Source: the human T2T-CHM13v2.0 reference genome, Homo sapiens. Taken from it: a stretch of 64,000 nucleotides of DNA. How positions within the stretch are numbered: position 1 is the first letter of the stretch; the number at the start of each line of letters is the position of its first letter. The stretch lies in the NCBI RefSeq assembly GCF_009914755.1, contig NC_060933.1; one strand, 5' to 3'. Positions 46,097 to 61,070 of this stretch are shown here, piece after piece. A program made the translations under genes and the position numbers. Under the pieces are notes generated by a model. The model did not search any database. It was not told where the DNA came from and worked only from the letters and a program-made list of their open reading frames with translations.

Positions 46097-46401
46097 TTTT
46101 TTTTTTTTTTTTTTGAGACAGAGTCTTGCTCTCTCTCCCAGTCTGGAGTACAGTGGCGCGATCTCGGCTCACTGCAACTTTCACCTCCTAGGTTCAAGCG
46201 ATTCTCCTGCCTCAGCCTCCTGAGTAGCTGAGACTACAGGCACCCACCACCACACCTGGCTAATTTTTGTATTTTTTTTTTAGTAGAGACAGGGTTTCAC
46301 CATGTTGGCCGAGGTGGTCTTGAAATCCTGAGCTCAAGTAATCCACCTGCCTCGGCCTCCCAAAATGCTGGGATTACAGGCGTGAACCACCATGCCCAGC
46401 C
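46097..46401 (-). mobile_element. Alu (AluS-like)
   Basis: Antisense Alu; TSD gataatctg. Confidence 0.9.
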
Positions 46402-46915
46402 GATAATCTGCTTTTTTAAATCTTACTTTTTGTTGAAATTAAGTTTGGTAATAGACATCTAATTGAGATAATGTTAAGAAATAAAGCTAGTAAATTCCAT
46501 TCAAAACTTGCCTGTTTCTTTGATCTTGCCTTTTTCCTTCACTGGACACTTTCTTGGATTTACTCTTTAGAAATTAAGCATACACTTTTAAACCATATTA
46601 TTGTACATCTGTTTGCAATATGATATTACATGATTTGTCTCCAGTTCCTTCTTGAAAGTTTGCCTTTACACACACACACCACATACACAAATTATTTTTT
46701 GCTGAACCATTTGAGAGTAAATTGCAGACCTGCATGCCCTTTTACCCCAAACCCCTCAGTGTGTATTTCCTCAGAAAATGAGGACTTTCTCTTACATAAT
46801 CACCATACAGTAATAAAATCCAAAAATTCACATTAATATATATGTTAAGAAATGTACTAATTTGTGGTGGTTTACAAGATTTTAAGACAACATAGGAAGA
46901 CTGGAAACATCTTAC

Positions 46916-47029
46916 CTACAAATCCTTTCACACATGTGCAACGATAGCCAGCCACACCATCAACACAGATTCCTTTATTTAAACAAGGACTGGAGCTACA
47001 CTCATTTATATTTTCTTCACACCGCTGAC
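46916..47029 (-). CDS. SVEP1: SVEP1 exon ~23, 114 bp, cbEGF ([10 protein letters not shown]...KGFV)
   Basis: Acceptor ttgcag|GTCA, donor TAG|gtaaga; phase 1 to 1. Confidence 0.92.
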
Positions 47030-49080
47030 CTGCAAAGAATCATTCATCTTTGAGCTGGAGAAAACTTGACAGGACTTTAAGACCAATAGTTTCCAAGCAA
47101 GTTGTTCAGGCATTGGAATAGGGAAATTGGAAATCATGGCTAACATGTTTGTGACAAACATGTTGAAATAAAATGTTTCTTCTATTCTGTGAACTGCAAA
47201 ATTTTTCTAGCAAGAAACCTAACATATTCAGCATGCAATGGAAAATGATAACCACGAATATCTGACCATATTTTTTTTAGTGAAAAAGATGTGTGATTTT
47301 GTTTTAAATTTTTTCTCCTTATTTGTTTGCTAGTTGTTCTCTTTTTGAGTTTATTCCCTTTAGAGTTAAGTGGTAACAGTTACAGCATTACAGTTACAAA
47401 GTTGGCAAAAATTATGGGAGAAATATATTGAATGAAGAAAATAACTCATTTTCTTCTGCAAATTAGGGAAACACAGCCAAATTTCTGTGCAGCTGTCCCA
47501 TGTTTTGTGTGAACATAATTTGGGAACAACTAATGTTATTCATAGCCTTTATTTTACACATCTAGAAACAGATCCAAAGAGGTCTGTGACATTGCCAAGG
47601 ACAGGCACAGAAATGAGCCTAGAACCATAAATCTTCATGTTCAAGAAAAGACGTACAAAGACTCGTTGGGTTGAAGAGTTCAAGGATGCTTAAATTTATA
47701 ACTCATGGCATTATGTAACACATATCTAATAATTTATGTACCTTGACATTAAAATATGCTAAAAGGAAATTTCATAATAAAGGTTGTTTTTTGAGAACAG
47801 TAAATCTAACATAAAATCTACACTTTCATACAGACCATTATGAACACTTGTTTTTTCACAGTAAACCCACAAAATAAATTTAATGTCTAATAAATAACAT
47901 ACATAATACATTTCACATCTAGTAAATGTATATTTATTTTATTTAGAAACTTGGTTCTACTTTTCTCATAGTATGTGTCTGCCATTCTTGTCACAAGTTT
48001 TTACTATGATTCAACACCAGGTGTCGCTAATATGAGATTTGGAATTTTAAATAAAGAATTGTAGGATACAGGTGCATAATTTTAATACTGTCTAAGGAAA
48101 TGCAACCATAGGCAGACGGTGGAGAGGAAAGAGCATGAAAAAGAAAATGGAAACCAGGCAAGCAATCTGGATGTGGTTCCAGCTGTTGAATACACACCCT
48201 TGGTTAGGGGTGATGAGTCTGCTGGTCTGCAGTTGGTCTCACAGCATGTGGACCTCTTAGAATATAAGCTGAGAGAAATTTGTTTCAAGATATGTGTGAT
48301 GTGGCCCCTAAATGCAAGCCACACGCTTTGGTGTTCATAAGATAAAAATGATTTCTTCTGTTGTTGAGGTAAAATAGGCATATTTCTAAACAGCATGCCT
48401 GTCCACTATAATTGATAGAGTATGCTATCACTTTATCAAGTGCAATATCAAGTCCACTCTACTTGATGGCTTATCTGAAGGATTTTCAAGGGCAACTTTG
48501 ACTATTTAAAATGTCTCCCTATATATAAACTTTCAAATTACACTTCCAGATGAAATGCAATTTTACTGTATAAACTCAATATATCTTTTCATAAGCCTGG
48601 GACTACCAGTGTTGCATGGATGTGAAATAGAGAAAATATATGAGTTGTTCCAAATGATTACTACTGTAAGTTATGTTAAACATTTTTATGTCTTTATGGA
48701 AGTTGTTTTTAGATACACAATAAAATTATTAGAATCTGGTTCCTTTGAAATGTTATCAGGATTTTACTAAACTTTTTAAAATATAGAAAATTATATACCC
48801 ACACATATTAAAATATATATTCAGATATCTTTTTAGTATAATAATGATGAGTTAGGTACAATGCTGGATGATTTAGATGATCTCAGTACTCTCCATAATA
48901 ATATTATGGGGTCATTACTATTTATAAAGTAGTAAATCCTAGTCTATTTTATTAGAATATATCATCAATATTATAATAATTATAATGTGGGTTAACAAGG
49001 GAATTGAGAATAAGATCACTGTTTCTGAACTATTTTTGTGAGAAGGTGCTGGAAGCTGCGACTCTTAAGATATACACTTA

Positions 49081-50639
<1,559 letters not shown>

Positions 50640-51216
50640 TAAGATAACACTTAAATATGTATTTATTTAAGTTAAAAGGAGAGGCATAGTGGTCCATAAC
50701 AATTTCAAGGATACATGCGCCTGAAGTCCACAGTTAGTAATAATTATACACACACATATTCACACACACACATGAACATCCACAGAAATTGGCATATACA
50801 CTTCATAAATTCAGTAAAATACTAGTAAAAAGCTTGGGGATGACCTTGTATTTGTAGTAGGCTTTACATATTTTCTGTCATTTCCTCACCTCCATTTTTA
50901 CTAATGAAGAAACAGGTTCAGTGAAGTTAAATGTCTTGTCCAAGGTCACACATCTAGCTGGCAAAGATGGGAACACGCCTGCTTGTTTTATAAAGCAATT
51001 ACATACTGCCATATTGATATCTTGTTCTCCTTACATAACCGGAAAAGGACAAGAACACTTTCCCAATGCAAATAAGTAATATTAGAAAATATGCTTCTTC
51101 AATATGTTTATAATATTCTATAAATGTATCTTTGACACATTCCAAATTTATCTCAGTGATGAAATGTTAATGATTCAAAGATTTATATTGTTGAAAACAG
51201 GAGACCTTCCCCTTAC

Positions 51217-51330
51217 CTGTGTAACCTGATGGGCACTCACAAATGAATTCCCCAACTAGGTCTTTACAAACTCCATTGTTGAGGCAAGGCAGTGGGCTGC
51301 ACTCATCGATGTCTGTTTCACACTTTAAGC
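51217..51330 (-). CDS. SVEP1: SVEP1 exon ~22, 114 bp, cbEGF ([10 protein letters not shown]...SGYT)
   Basis: Acceptor ttgtag|GCTT, donor CAG|gtaagg; phase 1 to 1. Confidence 0.92.
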
Positions 51331-51804
51331 CTACAATGTAAACCAAATGCTGAGGGACAATCCAAGGATGGGATTAACCGAAATAGAACTATGATCATTT
51401 AAAGGTAATTATCTCAATAATCAGAATTTTTAAATGGGTAGTGGTAAAGAAAAGGGTAATATTCATTAAGTGCTACCATCTATTAAGTATTTAATGAAGG
51501 TAATACCTCTTTCTAAACAAATTTAAAATATTCTTATAAAGATACATAGGAGATAGCAAAAGATCCCAAATTAGAAGTGGGGTAGGAGCACTTGGAAGCA
51601 TAAAATGGAGCCAGGAATTATGCTAATTTCAAAGTGAAAGTTACAATATCATCTGTACGTGCTACCAAGGTCACCTGGCTTAGGGGTGGAGGTGGGGCTA
51701 AAGCCTGCCAGATCACAGCTCACATGCCAGGTGTCCCAGAGTGGCTGCATCTTCCCACAGGGTGCACACAGGCTTTCTATGGGCTAGCTGTGCTGGAAAC
51801 CCAT

Positions 51805-51986
51805 ATTCTTTCTCAGGGTCCTCCTCACTAGCATCAGCATTACCTGGGAATGCAATAAAAATACAAATTCTCAGGCTGTACTCCAGACCCACTGAATTAG
51901 AAATTCTGGGGCTGGAGTCCAGCAATCTGTGTTTTTAACAAGCCTTCCAGATGATTCTGATGCACACGACTGTTTGAGAACCACTG
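51805..51986. mobile_element. MER5A (hAT-Charlie MITE)
   Basis: 'agcatcagcattacctggga...tttaacaagcc...tttgagaaccactg'. Confidence 0.8.
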
Positions 51987-52887
51987 TCCTATATTATACC
52001 CTTTCTCAACCACCACTCATTTACAGAATTCCCAAACAAGATCCTTTATTTCTTATGGAACGTCAAGGTAAATATTTTTATAAAAATCCACAGAGACACA
52101 CATGCACACAACACGAGCCAGCTATAATAAATGGGATGCCAATATTCTAGATAGATCTTGGCTATACTTTGTTTTTTGACTTTCCTTTTGCTTATTTTGT
52201 GGTGAATTCCTTTACTTAAATACCACTTCTCATGAAAAACTTTCAAGTTGGTTGTATAACATTGAAAAAAACTGTCTAGAAGAAAATGATTATTTTAAAT
52301 TAATTGCAATTTTAAGGTATAGTTCATTTCCCCTCAAAAATTATGTTTCTGGACTTAAGTCAAATGTGAACCAAACTGTTAAAAACCCCCATAATTCATA
52401 CATAATTCCTACATAATAAAGCCCAAAGCCAAATTGTTTTCTAAGCACAGCTTCCAGAAAGATAGAAACAAAGCATAGCTATTCATAAGAACTTCTATTA
52501 GTGTGTAGCAAATCAGAGAAGCTGCCAGTTCATTTAAAAATGTTTATACTGGACAATCTGTTCTATGTTGAGTATCATGCATATAATTTTTGATAGAATG
52601 AAACTTTGAACATGACCCCTGTATTTCAATTTAAATTGTGGGTTATGACAAAGACTCATAGGGAAGATGAGTCTTTATTCTTTATCCAAAATAGGCAAAG
52701 AAAACTGTCATTTGTGAAGTATGTATAATTTTTTCACCTATTGTTTATCTTGTTCAACAAATTTTGGCACATTTACATGGTCTAATGTATCTTATCGGAT
52801 ATAGTTAATGTACTAAAGTTTGATACTGCAAGTCATAATGATTTCATATAAAATATATTAAAATCTACATTCCTCTTGGTTATTTAC

Positions 52888-52984
52888 CTGTATATCCAAG
52901 TGGACAGAGACAAACATAACCACGCCCAAGTTGCTGGCAGGTTCCACTATTGTGGCAAGGGTTAAAGAAGCATTCATGGAAAAC
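52888..52984 (-). CDS. SVEP1: SVEP1 exon ~21, 97 bp, EGF ([10 protein letters not shown]...LGYT)
   Basis: Acceptor tggtag|GTTT, donor CAG|gtaaat; phase 0 to 1. Confidence 0.92.
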
Positions 52985-54102
52985 CTACCAGTAGCATAAA
53001 AAAATCAATCAGAGACAAAGCACTCTATTTATTTCAAAGCAGTCCTGATTAGAGTCAGGTTTGCAACATTAGACAGCTTGTTCCTCCTGTTTCCAGGTAA
53101 GTTCACTCAAGCTAGGTGGCTTGCTGCCTGAATAACACTGGTGCCTGCCATATAGGGGAGCAAATGATATATATCATTCTTGGGTGATGTTCTGGTAAAC
53201 CTAAGGAGTGTTTCTAAATGTTGGCTGCATGCTAGAATACAATTGATATTTTGAAGGCATACTAAGGTCAGGGCGTCAACCCAGATTAGCTAAATCAGAA
53301 TCTCTGGGAGTGAAGTCTGTACATTACTGTCTTAAAAACTTGGCCAGGATTCTAATACACCTCCATGTGACAGCCACTGCTTTAGGGGATCCTACAAATT
53401 CCTATGTCCACTAGGCTCAGTTTGAAATATGATTTATAGAGTCCTAACAAGTCATTATGTTTGGACTAGGCTGTAGGAAGTTGTAATCAGAAAAATATCC
53501 CCATTATCCATGAAAATACTAAAAGGCAAGGAATTCATGACATTGGACAAGGTGAGTTCAGAGTAATGACTGAATCTATTAAAGTAACCAAGACTTAACA
53601 ACTAGTCTTGTAAAAAATATAAAGCATTTGGTTTAGCTATATTCTTAATTTATGTTTCTTAATTTTTAAGGACTCATACTTTTCCCCAAGAAATCTTTTC
53701 TTTTCTGGCAAAGAAATTTAAATAATTTTCATGAAAGTTGGGTAACTCTGCCTGCCAATTAGAAAAGGCCTTTCCTTAAACCAAATTCTCTTACTCAAAT
53801 GATGGGTTGTGCTTGTGGTAAGTGCTTATAGTGAATCAAAAGGCTCCCCCTGGATCTACTCATTCTTATTGCCAGGCATTTCTGGGAAAAACTCTCATTT
53901 TTGGTACTTAGAACATCTAATGTTGCATTTTGGGAATGTTCTAAACAGGAGTCATTGTAAATACAATTATTCATTTATAAAATTCATACATCTTGATTAC
54001 TTAAAGTTTCAATCCTGGTCCTTTTCCTGTGTGTGATGTGTAAAATGACAAATTGCTTTCCAAGCATTCCACTAGAGAACAGTTTATGCAAAATGAACTT
54101 GC

Positions 54103-54194
54103 CTGACTGCTGATTTCATGCCTCTTTTTAATATGTCCAAGAGAGGCAGGGGGCACCACACTTTCCTCTGCCGCTGAGAAAGTTGAACTAAAAC
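54103..54194 (-). CDS. SVEP1: SVEP1 exon ~20, 92 bp, Cys-free linker ([30 protein letters not shown]), GC donor
   Basis: Acceptor gattag|GTTT, donor CAG|gcaagt; phase 1 to 0, which is what is needed to join exons 19 and 21 in frame. Confidence 0.87.
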
Positions 54195-54583
54195 CTAATC
54201 AATTAATAGAAAAACATGTCAGTGTGGCAAATATGCCAGTAAGTGGACTATATCTAACACTATGGTCAAGATTCTGGTTGTCAGAGTGGGTAAAGCCACA
54301 TATATTTTGTTTCACTTATATTTTAAAAAAGAAAACAGAGATGGATGGCATACATCATTACATCCTAGACTCTTAGAAAGAAATTTAGAAGTTATCAAGT
54401 TCAGTGTTTCCAAAACAAGACTCTTTGTGTCATGGTCATCAAAAATACCTCAGAAGGACAATTTAACAACTCCAGATGCCCAAATCCACCGAAAATAGTA
54501 ATATTCAGAACTGAAGCTACAACAGAGACAGGGAAAAGTAAATGTCCAACATAGGATTACATAAGAAATGAAGTTCATCTTAC

Positions 54584-54745
54584 TTGAACATTCTGTGATG
54601 GATCTGGAACCAGCGAATGGGGTAGTTCCATAAAAGGGACAGGCCAGGCAGAAGGCCTTCCCTGCATTAGGTTGGTAATAGTCACGAGGACATGGGTGAC
54701 AGGGCATTAACCCAGAACGCGAGAATTTTCCTTCTGGACAAGGAA
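54584..54745 (-). CDS. SVEP1: SVEP1 exon ~19, 162 bp, ephrin-receptor-like Cys repeat ([11 protein letters not shown]...ITECS)
   Basis: Acceptor ctgcag|TTCC, donor CAA|gtaaga; phase 1 to 1. Confidence 0.92.
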
Positions 54746-56104
54746 CTGCAGAGGTAAAAACAAATCATATGTGCATATAAAGTAACACACCCTACATTTG
54801 AAAGAAGTGATTTAATCTGTGCATATAAGAAACCTACTGAATTATCTATATAATCTCTTCCATATATTTAATACCCATACCATCTTATCACCCAGGTAAA
54901 TGTTTTGTTGGGTCTCCTTCCTATCTTTAGTAACACATGTTAACTTAATAAAGTTTAGAATTGGCCATATAATTGTATTCTGATTTTTCCACCTAACATG
55001 GTATCATAAGTGTTTCCCAAATCATTCCCCCAGATTATTGAATAGTATAGATTTTAATAAAATAAAAATGTTGCATCTCATTGACAGACCATGATTGAGC
55101 TAACTTTTCTACTATTGGATATTTAGATTGTTTTCATTTGTTTGCTATTATAAATAATGCTGAAGTAAATTTTTTGCATAAATCTTTGTATTTAGCTCTG
55201 ATTATTTCCTTGGGATAATAGTTGACTTTGGGTAGTTGAATTAGAATAATTGGATTTGAGTAGTTGAATAGTTAGGTCTAAAGATTTGAAAAGATTAAAG
55301 CCATTGATATATAGTGCCAAATCATTAAAAAAATAAGTAGTTCCAATTTATACTCCCATTAGTAGTGTATGAAATCACTCTTTTCACTACATGCTCTTCA
55401 GCATTGGTATTATTAAATTTTTTTTCCAATTTGAGGGTGAAAACGGAATTAGTTATTTTAATTTGCATCTTGATGATAAATGAAGTTGCTTTCTTCTGCT
55501 TATTAGAAATTTTATTTCTCCTGAATAGTCTTTTATGGAGGTTTTTTATGATTATTTTATATATTAAGAATATGAATCCTTTGACACACTTAGACTAATT
55601 ATTTTTGCCAGTTTGTGCTTTGCCTGTTAATTTTAACTGCTTTCATGACCAAGTAATTATGACTCCTCCTTATTTAATACTACAATAATATAAGGTAATA
55701 TATTTACCTATGAGACGTTCAGCAAAATCAGTAGTTTTATCGTTAGTATTTTTATTGGCTATTTTCTAAGTAATATGAATTGTAATTTGATTTTTTGACA
55801 CAATTATTTTTCAGAAAGATGGTTTAAAATGTATAAATATTTGGAATATGCTTTAATTAATTTCTGTTTTTAATCATCTTATGGTCAGATAATTTACGTT
55901 GCATAACTAATTGCTACCTTTTGAATTTTGAGTTTTTTTGTTCATTATATCTAAAGATAAAAATAATAAATACTTCATTAAAAGTGTTATCACAGTAGAG
56001 TAAAAAGTATAACGTGTATTATTAGTTCAGCCTTATCAATCATGTACTATAAGTTTTCTGTGTCCTTACTGATTGCCTACATGATCTTTATAAATTCAAA
56101 GGAG

Positions 56105-56405
56105 TGGTGGGGTATGGTGGCTCATGCCTGTAACCCCAGCACTTTGGGAAGCTGAGGTGGGCGAATCACTTGAGGTCAGGAGTTCCAGACTAGCCTGGCC
56201 AAAATGGCGAAACACCGTCTCTACTAAAAGTACAAAAATTAGCCAGTGTGGTGTCAGGTACCTGTAATCCCAGCTACTTAAGAGGCTAAGGCAGGAGAAT
56301 TGCTTGAACCCAGGAGGCAGAGGTTGCAGTGAGATGAGATGGCACCCACTGCACTCCAGCCTGAGCAACGGAGTGAGACTCCGTCTCAAAAGAAAAAAAA
56401 AAAAG
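56105..56405 (+). mobile_element. Alu (AluS-like)
   Basis: Alu consensus; TSD-like aaattcaa on both sides. Confidence 0.9.
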
Positions 56406-59194
56406 AAAATTCAAGGAAGGTATTAAAATCTTCCATGAAAATTTTATTTTTACAATTTACCATTGTGAGACATACAGATTTTGTTGTATTTTACTGCTGT
56501 TATTTGATGACAAAGCTTTATTATGACTAACTTATACTGCTTGTGAATTACGTAAAAATAACTCTTTTCTTCCTCATGTGATGCTACTGGGCTTTGAATT
56601 GAACTTTTTCATAAATTCCCTTTACCACCCCTACTTGCTTGTTTTTTGTATTCGTCGGTCTGGAAATCTTATTATTTTTAACCTTTCACTGTCATTTGTG
56701 TTAGGCTTTTTGTAAATAACATTCATTTGAGAATTGTCATTTAACCAAATCTGAAATTCTCTTGCCATTAACGAGTGGAATATTAACAAAACTAAAAATG
56801 GCCTCAAACATAAAACAAGCTCGGGTTTTCCTCCATGATGTTTTGTTGCATTTAGCAGAGGGCAGGGGGACAGAGTACTCATGACTTAACTCTTTGGTTG
56901 GGGTTTTAGACAGCAACCCAAGTATGAATTCAGGTTGGGTATGTCCTTTCCTTGGATAAACTGGCATCATCTGGATAGCTTTAAAGCCATTATAAACTGA
57001 GAAAACTATTAAAAATACTAAGACTTGTCTGCATAAATGTAAGTATGGAAGACAGAACACAAAAAGTAGCTACTCAGGATGTCAACATCCTTATCATTTA
57101 GGGTTTGGTGTCCTTACAATAAAAATAGTACAGCAGAGATAATTAGTAGTACGGTTGAAAAATTTAGAGATGGACTGAGGTTCAAAGGAGCAGGGTATGC
57201 CATGTCATAGCATCTTTTTTTAATTGATTTGAGAAAAAACAAAGCATTTGTGATAATCTCAAGACATGTAGATCAAAATTTTAAAACAAAAATAGCCAAA
57301 TTTTTTGCTAAAGAGCTCTTTTACCCAATTAACAAAAGAGCTCAATGAAGAGATGGTAATTCAATCAAGAGATGGCAGAAAATATCATAGATTTTTATGC
57401 AAATTTAGAAAAAATATTTCTTGCAGGTTTGGTCTTTACATGCATAAAATTTACATTTTTAAACTGTATCTTTATTTCACTAAGAACAAGCTAATTTACT
57501 CTTTGATTGATAGATCTCAGAGTGCTAGGTAGAGCTCTGTTATTCGCACAAACTGTAAACTTGCTTAGCTTAAAATGGGTTTCCTCAATCTCAAGTTTCC
57601 GAGAGTGACTGCCTATTTGGAAAAGGTAACTTACACACAGCTAATTAGTTAACAGAAAGCATCAATCTTCTGCTGGTAAAAGTATAAAACTTTTGTTTGA
57701 GAGAATATCTCTGAGTATGTATGAAATGCTGAAAAGATAAATTCCATCAGTAAAACTCAAGATGCTATAATGAATTAAACTTTTTTTACATATAATTTTC
57801 AGCACAAAGATGCTCAAAAAGAAAAGATGTTTTTGCCCCTAGAAACTAACAGAAGGTAAAAAATTGTACTAAGATGTAATAGTAATAAAATACTAACATT
57901 AAAAATAAATCTATTAGCTTCTAAAAATACCCAACTCATCATTGTAATGTCTATACTTTTTAGCATAGAAAATATAAAATAAATTTGCATGTGCAATTTT
58001 ATTAGTTTAAGTTATTGTCCAAGGGCAGACAGTTGTCTTCAGAAATATATTTTCCTGCAGTGGTCAATTAGCATTTAATAGAGTATTTATATATGTAGTA
58101 AACATATATACACACACACGCATATATATGTATATATAAACATACACATATACATAATAGTGGCACTATCTAGTATGTAATACAATACTAAACATGTACA
58201 TGTACACACACACATAAATACGCAATTCCTAATGAACTAGTGTCATGAGAAAAGAGGGGTGAATGTTTCATTTTGATTCTTGGCCAAAGAAACTAGTCTC
58301 CCGGTCAAGAAAAATGCAACAAAACCCTCTTTTCACCTCCTCTATTGTAGACAGAGAGACAGAGAGAGAGAGAGAAATAATCTAAGTATGCCAAAATGAT
58401 ATTAAAATCAAATGACAAACAGTGCATGGAAATGACCAGGAAAAAAATGTCATATCACTTGTGCTGTTCTCTGACAGTGTTAAGGGCAACACATATAGAC
58501 CTGGAGCCAAGTGGATTTTGCCTTTTCAATGGGTTTTCTGACTATGATTAATAATACTATATTGTATACTAGAAATTTGCTAAGAGAATTTCAGGTTCTC
58601 TTACCACACACACCCAAAGAAGGGCAACTATGTGAGATGATGTATATGTGCATAAGAATATCATAACATCATTTTGTACACCTTAATTATAGATCATTTT
58701 AAATAAATAAATCAGTTTCCTAAGATGAGGTCAGAGGTCAATGACTTCCTGAGCCTCCTTTTAACTTCATCCTGGAGAGTCAGGGTAAAAGGTGGTGTCA
58801 TCCTAGTCTAAACATCATCTTTTCTTCTCCTATAGATCATATATTAACAACAACAACAACAACAACAAGTACCTGTCGAACTTATTCTTCTGATAAAAAT
58901 CATTTTTAATGAATGAAAAATTTCAGACTCTTGAGTGTGTACCTACAAACCCAAGAATATGTAATAACCTAACAAGTTATAAAAAGTAAAATGTACAAAG
59001 AATATATTACTTTAACAAACTAATATACTTTGTGATACTTAAATATGATTGCTATCTTGAATAATAATATTTTAAGTGCCACATGATAGAGAAATGCAAA
59101 AGCAATGTCTTAGCACAAAATAAAACAGTACACTATAAAAATAAATCAATACTGATAGAAAATAAATCAGTAATAAAAATAGTAAATCAATACC

Positions 59195-59395
59195 AAAAGA
59201 GAAAATAAAGAAAAAGGAAGGAAAGAAAGAAAGGAAGAAAAAGGAAGGAAAGAAAGAAAGGAAGAAAAAGAAAGAAAGGCTGATGAAAGAAAGAAAGGCA
59301 GGCGAAAGAAAGGCAGGTGAAAGAAAAAGAAAGGCAAAAGAGAGAAAGAGAAAGAAAGACAAAAGCAAGCAAGCAAGAGAAAGTGAGAAAGGAGT
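59195..59395. repeat. GA-rich low-complexity polypurine tract ((GAAA)n-like)
   Basis: Seen directly. Confidence 0.85.
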
Positions 59396-60693
59396 TAAAA
59401 ACTAACAAAAAATATATATAAGGGACCGTTTTAGAACTTGCACACATTTAAGTTTAAAATAAAATGTTTATCCAGCACCGCAGAAGAATGTTAACTTTTG
59501 TCATTCCTAATTCCCACTCATGACAAGCAGAGTGTGGTTAAACTTATGCTAGGAATATTAGGAGAGTAGGGCCAAAAATTTAGAGACTTTTTGGGAATTA
59601 TAACTCCTTAATTATAATAATTTAGTATTAGACAAACCTCAAGGTTTATTTAGAAAGCTAAAAATAAATTGTCAAATGTGAACTTGTTTCACTATAAAAA
59701 TCCTAGTTGCTTTTGTGGTTGGAGGAAGTGGGCAGGAAGAGAGAATTTTTTACTGTGGACTTTCTGCCAAAATTATTTCTTATATTGACAAAAGAGTCTC
59801 TAGCAGATCTATTTCAATCAGAATGTGAAGGCTTGTGAGACTTTTAATTAAAAGATCCAAAGCTGGTATTATCCAACAGACATGGTTTATGCGTTTCAGT
59901 TAGGCCCTAAATTTTCTTCTCAACTCTTCAGTGAAACTATTAGGTTGATGAATATTACTTGCCCAATGCCTCAGGTCTCAGACTTATATCTACCTTGATC
60001 CTACTAGACTGAGATAATTTAAACAGATGGAGTATATATAAACCTATAATTCAGAGTGTGTTTTGCCTGTTTCCTTTTCTCCCAATGCACTTATGAGGAC
60101 TACAACTTCCAAGATGCAATGCTGGAAACGCCCCTTCCTGCCCTTGCACATTAACTTTTCCTACCTCTTGTTTACTGGTGATCTCTCTCTAACTGGATGA
60201 AGTTAAGCATGGCTGGGTGCAGTGATAGTAGGAAGTGTGCCTATGTGTCTCTGTGTAGCCTGAGAGAAGTAGGGAACCAGTAGGTTGGCTTCTTAAAAAC
60301 ATCATTCAATGTGGGAACAGCTTCTTCATTTCTCAGTTGCCATAGACCTTAGGTTTTTAAATAAAACTATAGAGGTAGGATACACAATTAAAAAAGAAAT
60401 CTTTCATCAAGGAATGTTTGTTCAGTTCCCAGTGAGTAGCAGAGGTAGGCCAACAACAACCTTTTTAGTCCAGTTCTATTGACTTTGCAAATTACAGTAG
60501 TTGCAATTTTTTGGAATTTCTGGAAGTAGGCTGACCTTGACTGTCAGTCCTAATTTCATTGTCATTCTAAGTTTTCATCTTTTGTTTCTGTTTACATGTT
60601 CATGAGTATTTTGCTGGAAAACATCCCTCAGTAGGGATGTTAGTCAGAAATACTTAAAAATTGGAACTCTAATCTTTTTTTTTCTATTTAAAC

Positions 60694-61070
60694 CAGTGGT
60701 TCTCAATGTGTGGTCCCTGGACCAGTAGAATCAGCATTACTTGAAACCATTTGTTAACAGAAATATGAATTCTCAGACCCCTCCCCAGACCTACCGAATC
60801 AAAGACCCTGGAGGTAAGGCCTCACAATCTGTCTTAAAAAGCTCTCCATGCTGACATTTGAGAACCAAAATTAGTGGCTCTCAGATTTTCCTAATCACTT
60901 CAAATAATCACCTGGGGAAACTTAAAAAAAAAAAAAGAAAACCAATTCCCAGCTTCTACTCAGACAAGTTAAATCAGAATCTCTGGGAGAGAGGATCAGG
61001 TTTCAGTATTTTAAAAATACTCATGTAAATGTGAAGATGATTCTAATGTGCTGCCTGACTGAATAACTAC
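60694..61070. mobile_element. Adjacent MER5A and MER5B-like elements
   Basis: 'cagtggttctcaatgtgtggtccctggaccag...tttgagaacca' followed by 'tcacctgggga...aatcagaatctctggg'. Confidence 0.7.

Noticed and set aside
59072-59447. Phe/Leu/Ser-rich membrane-like ORFs
   Set aside because: Artefact of the GA/CT low-complexity tract
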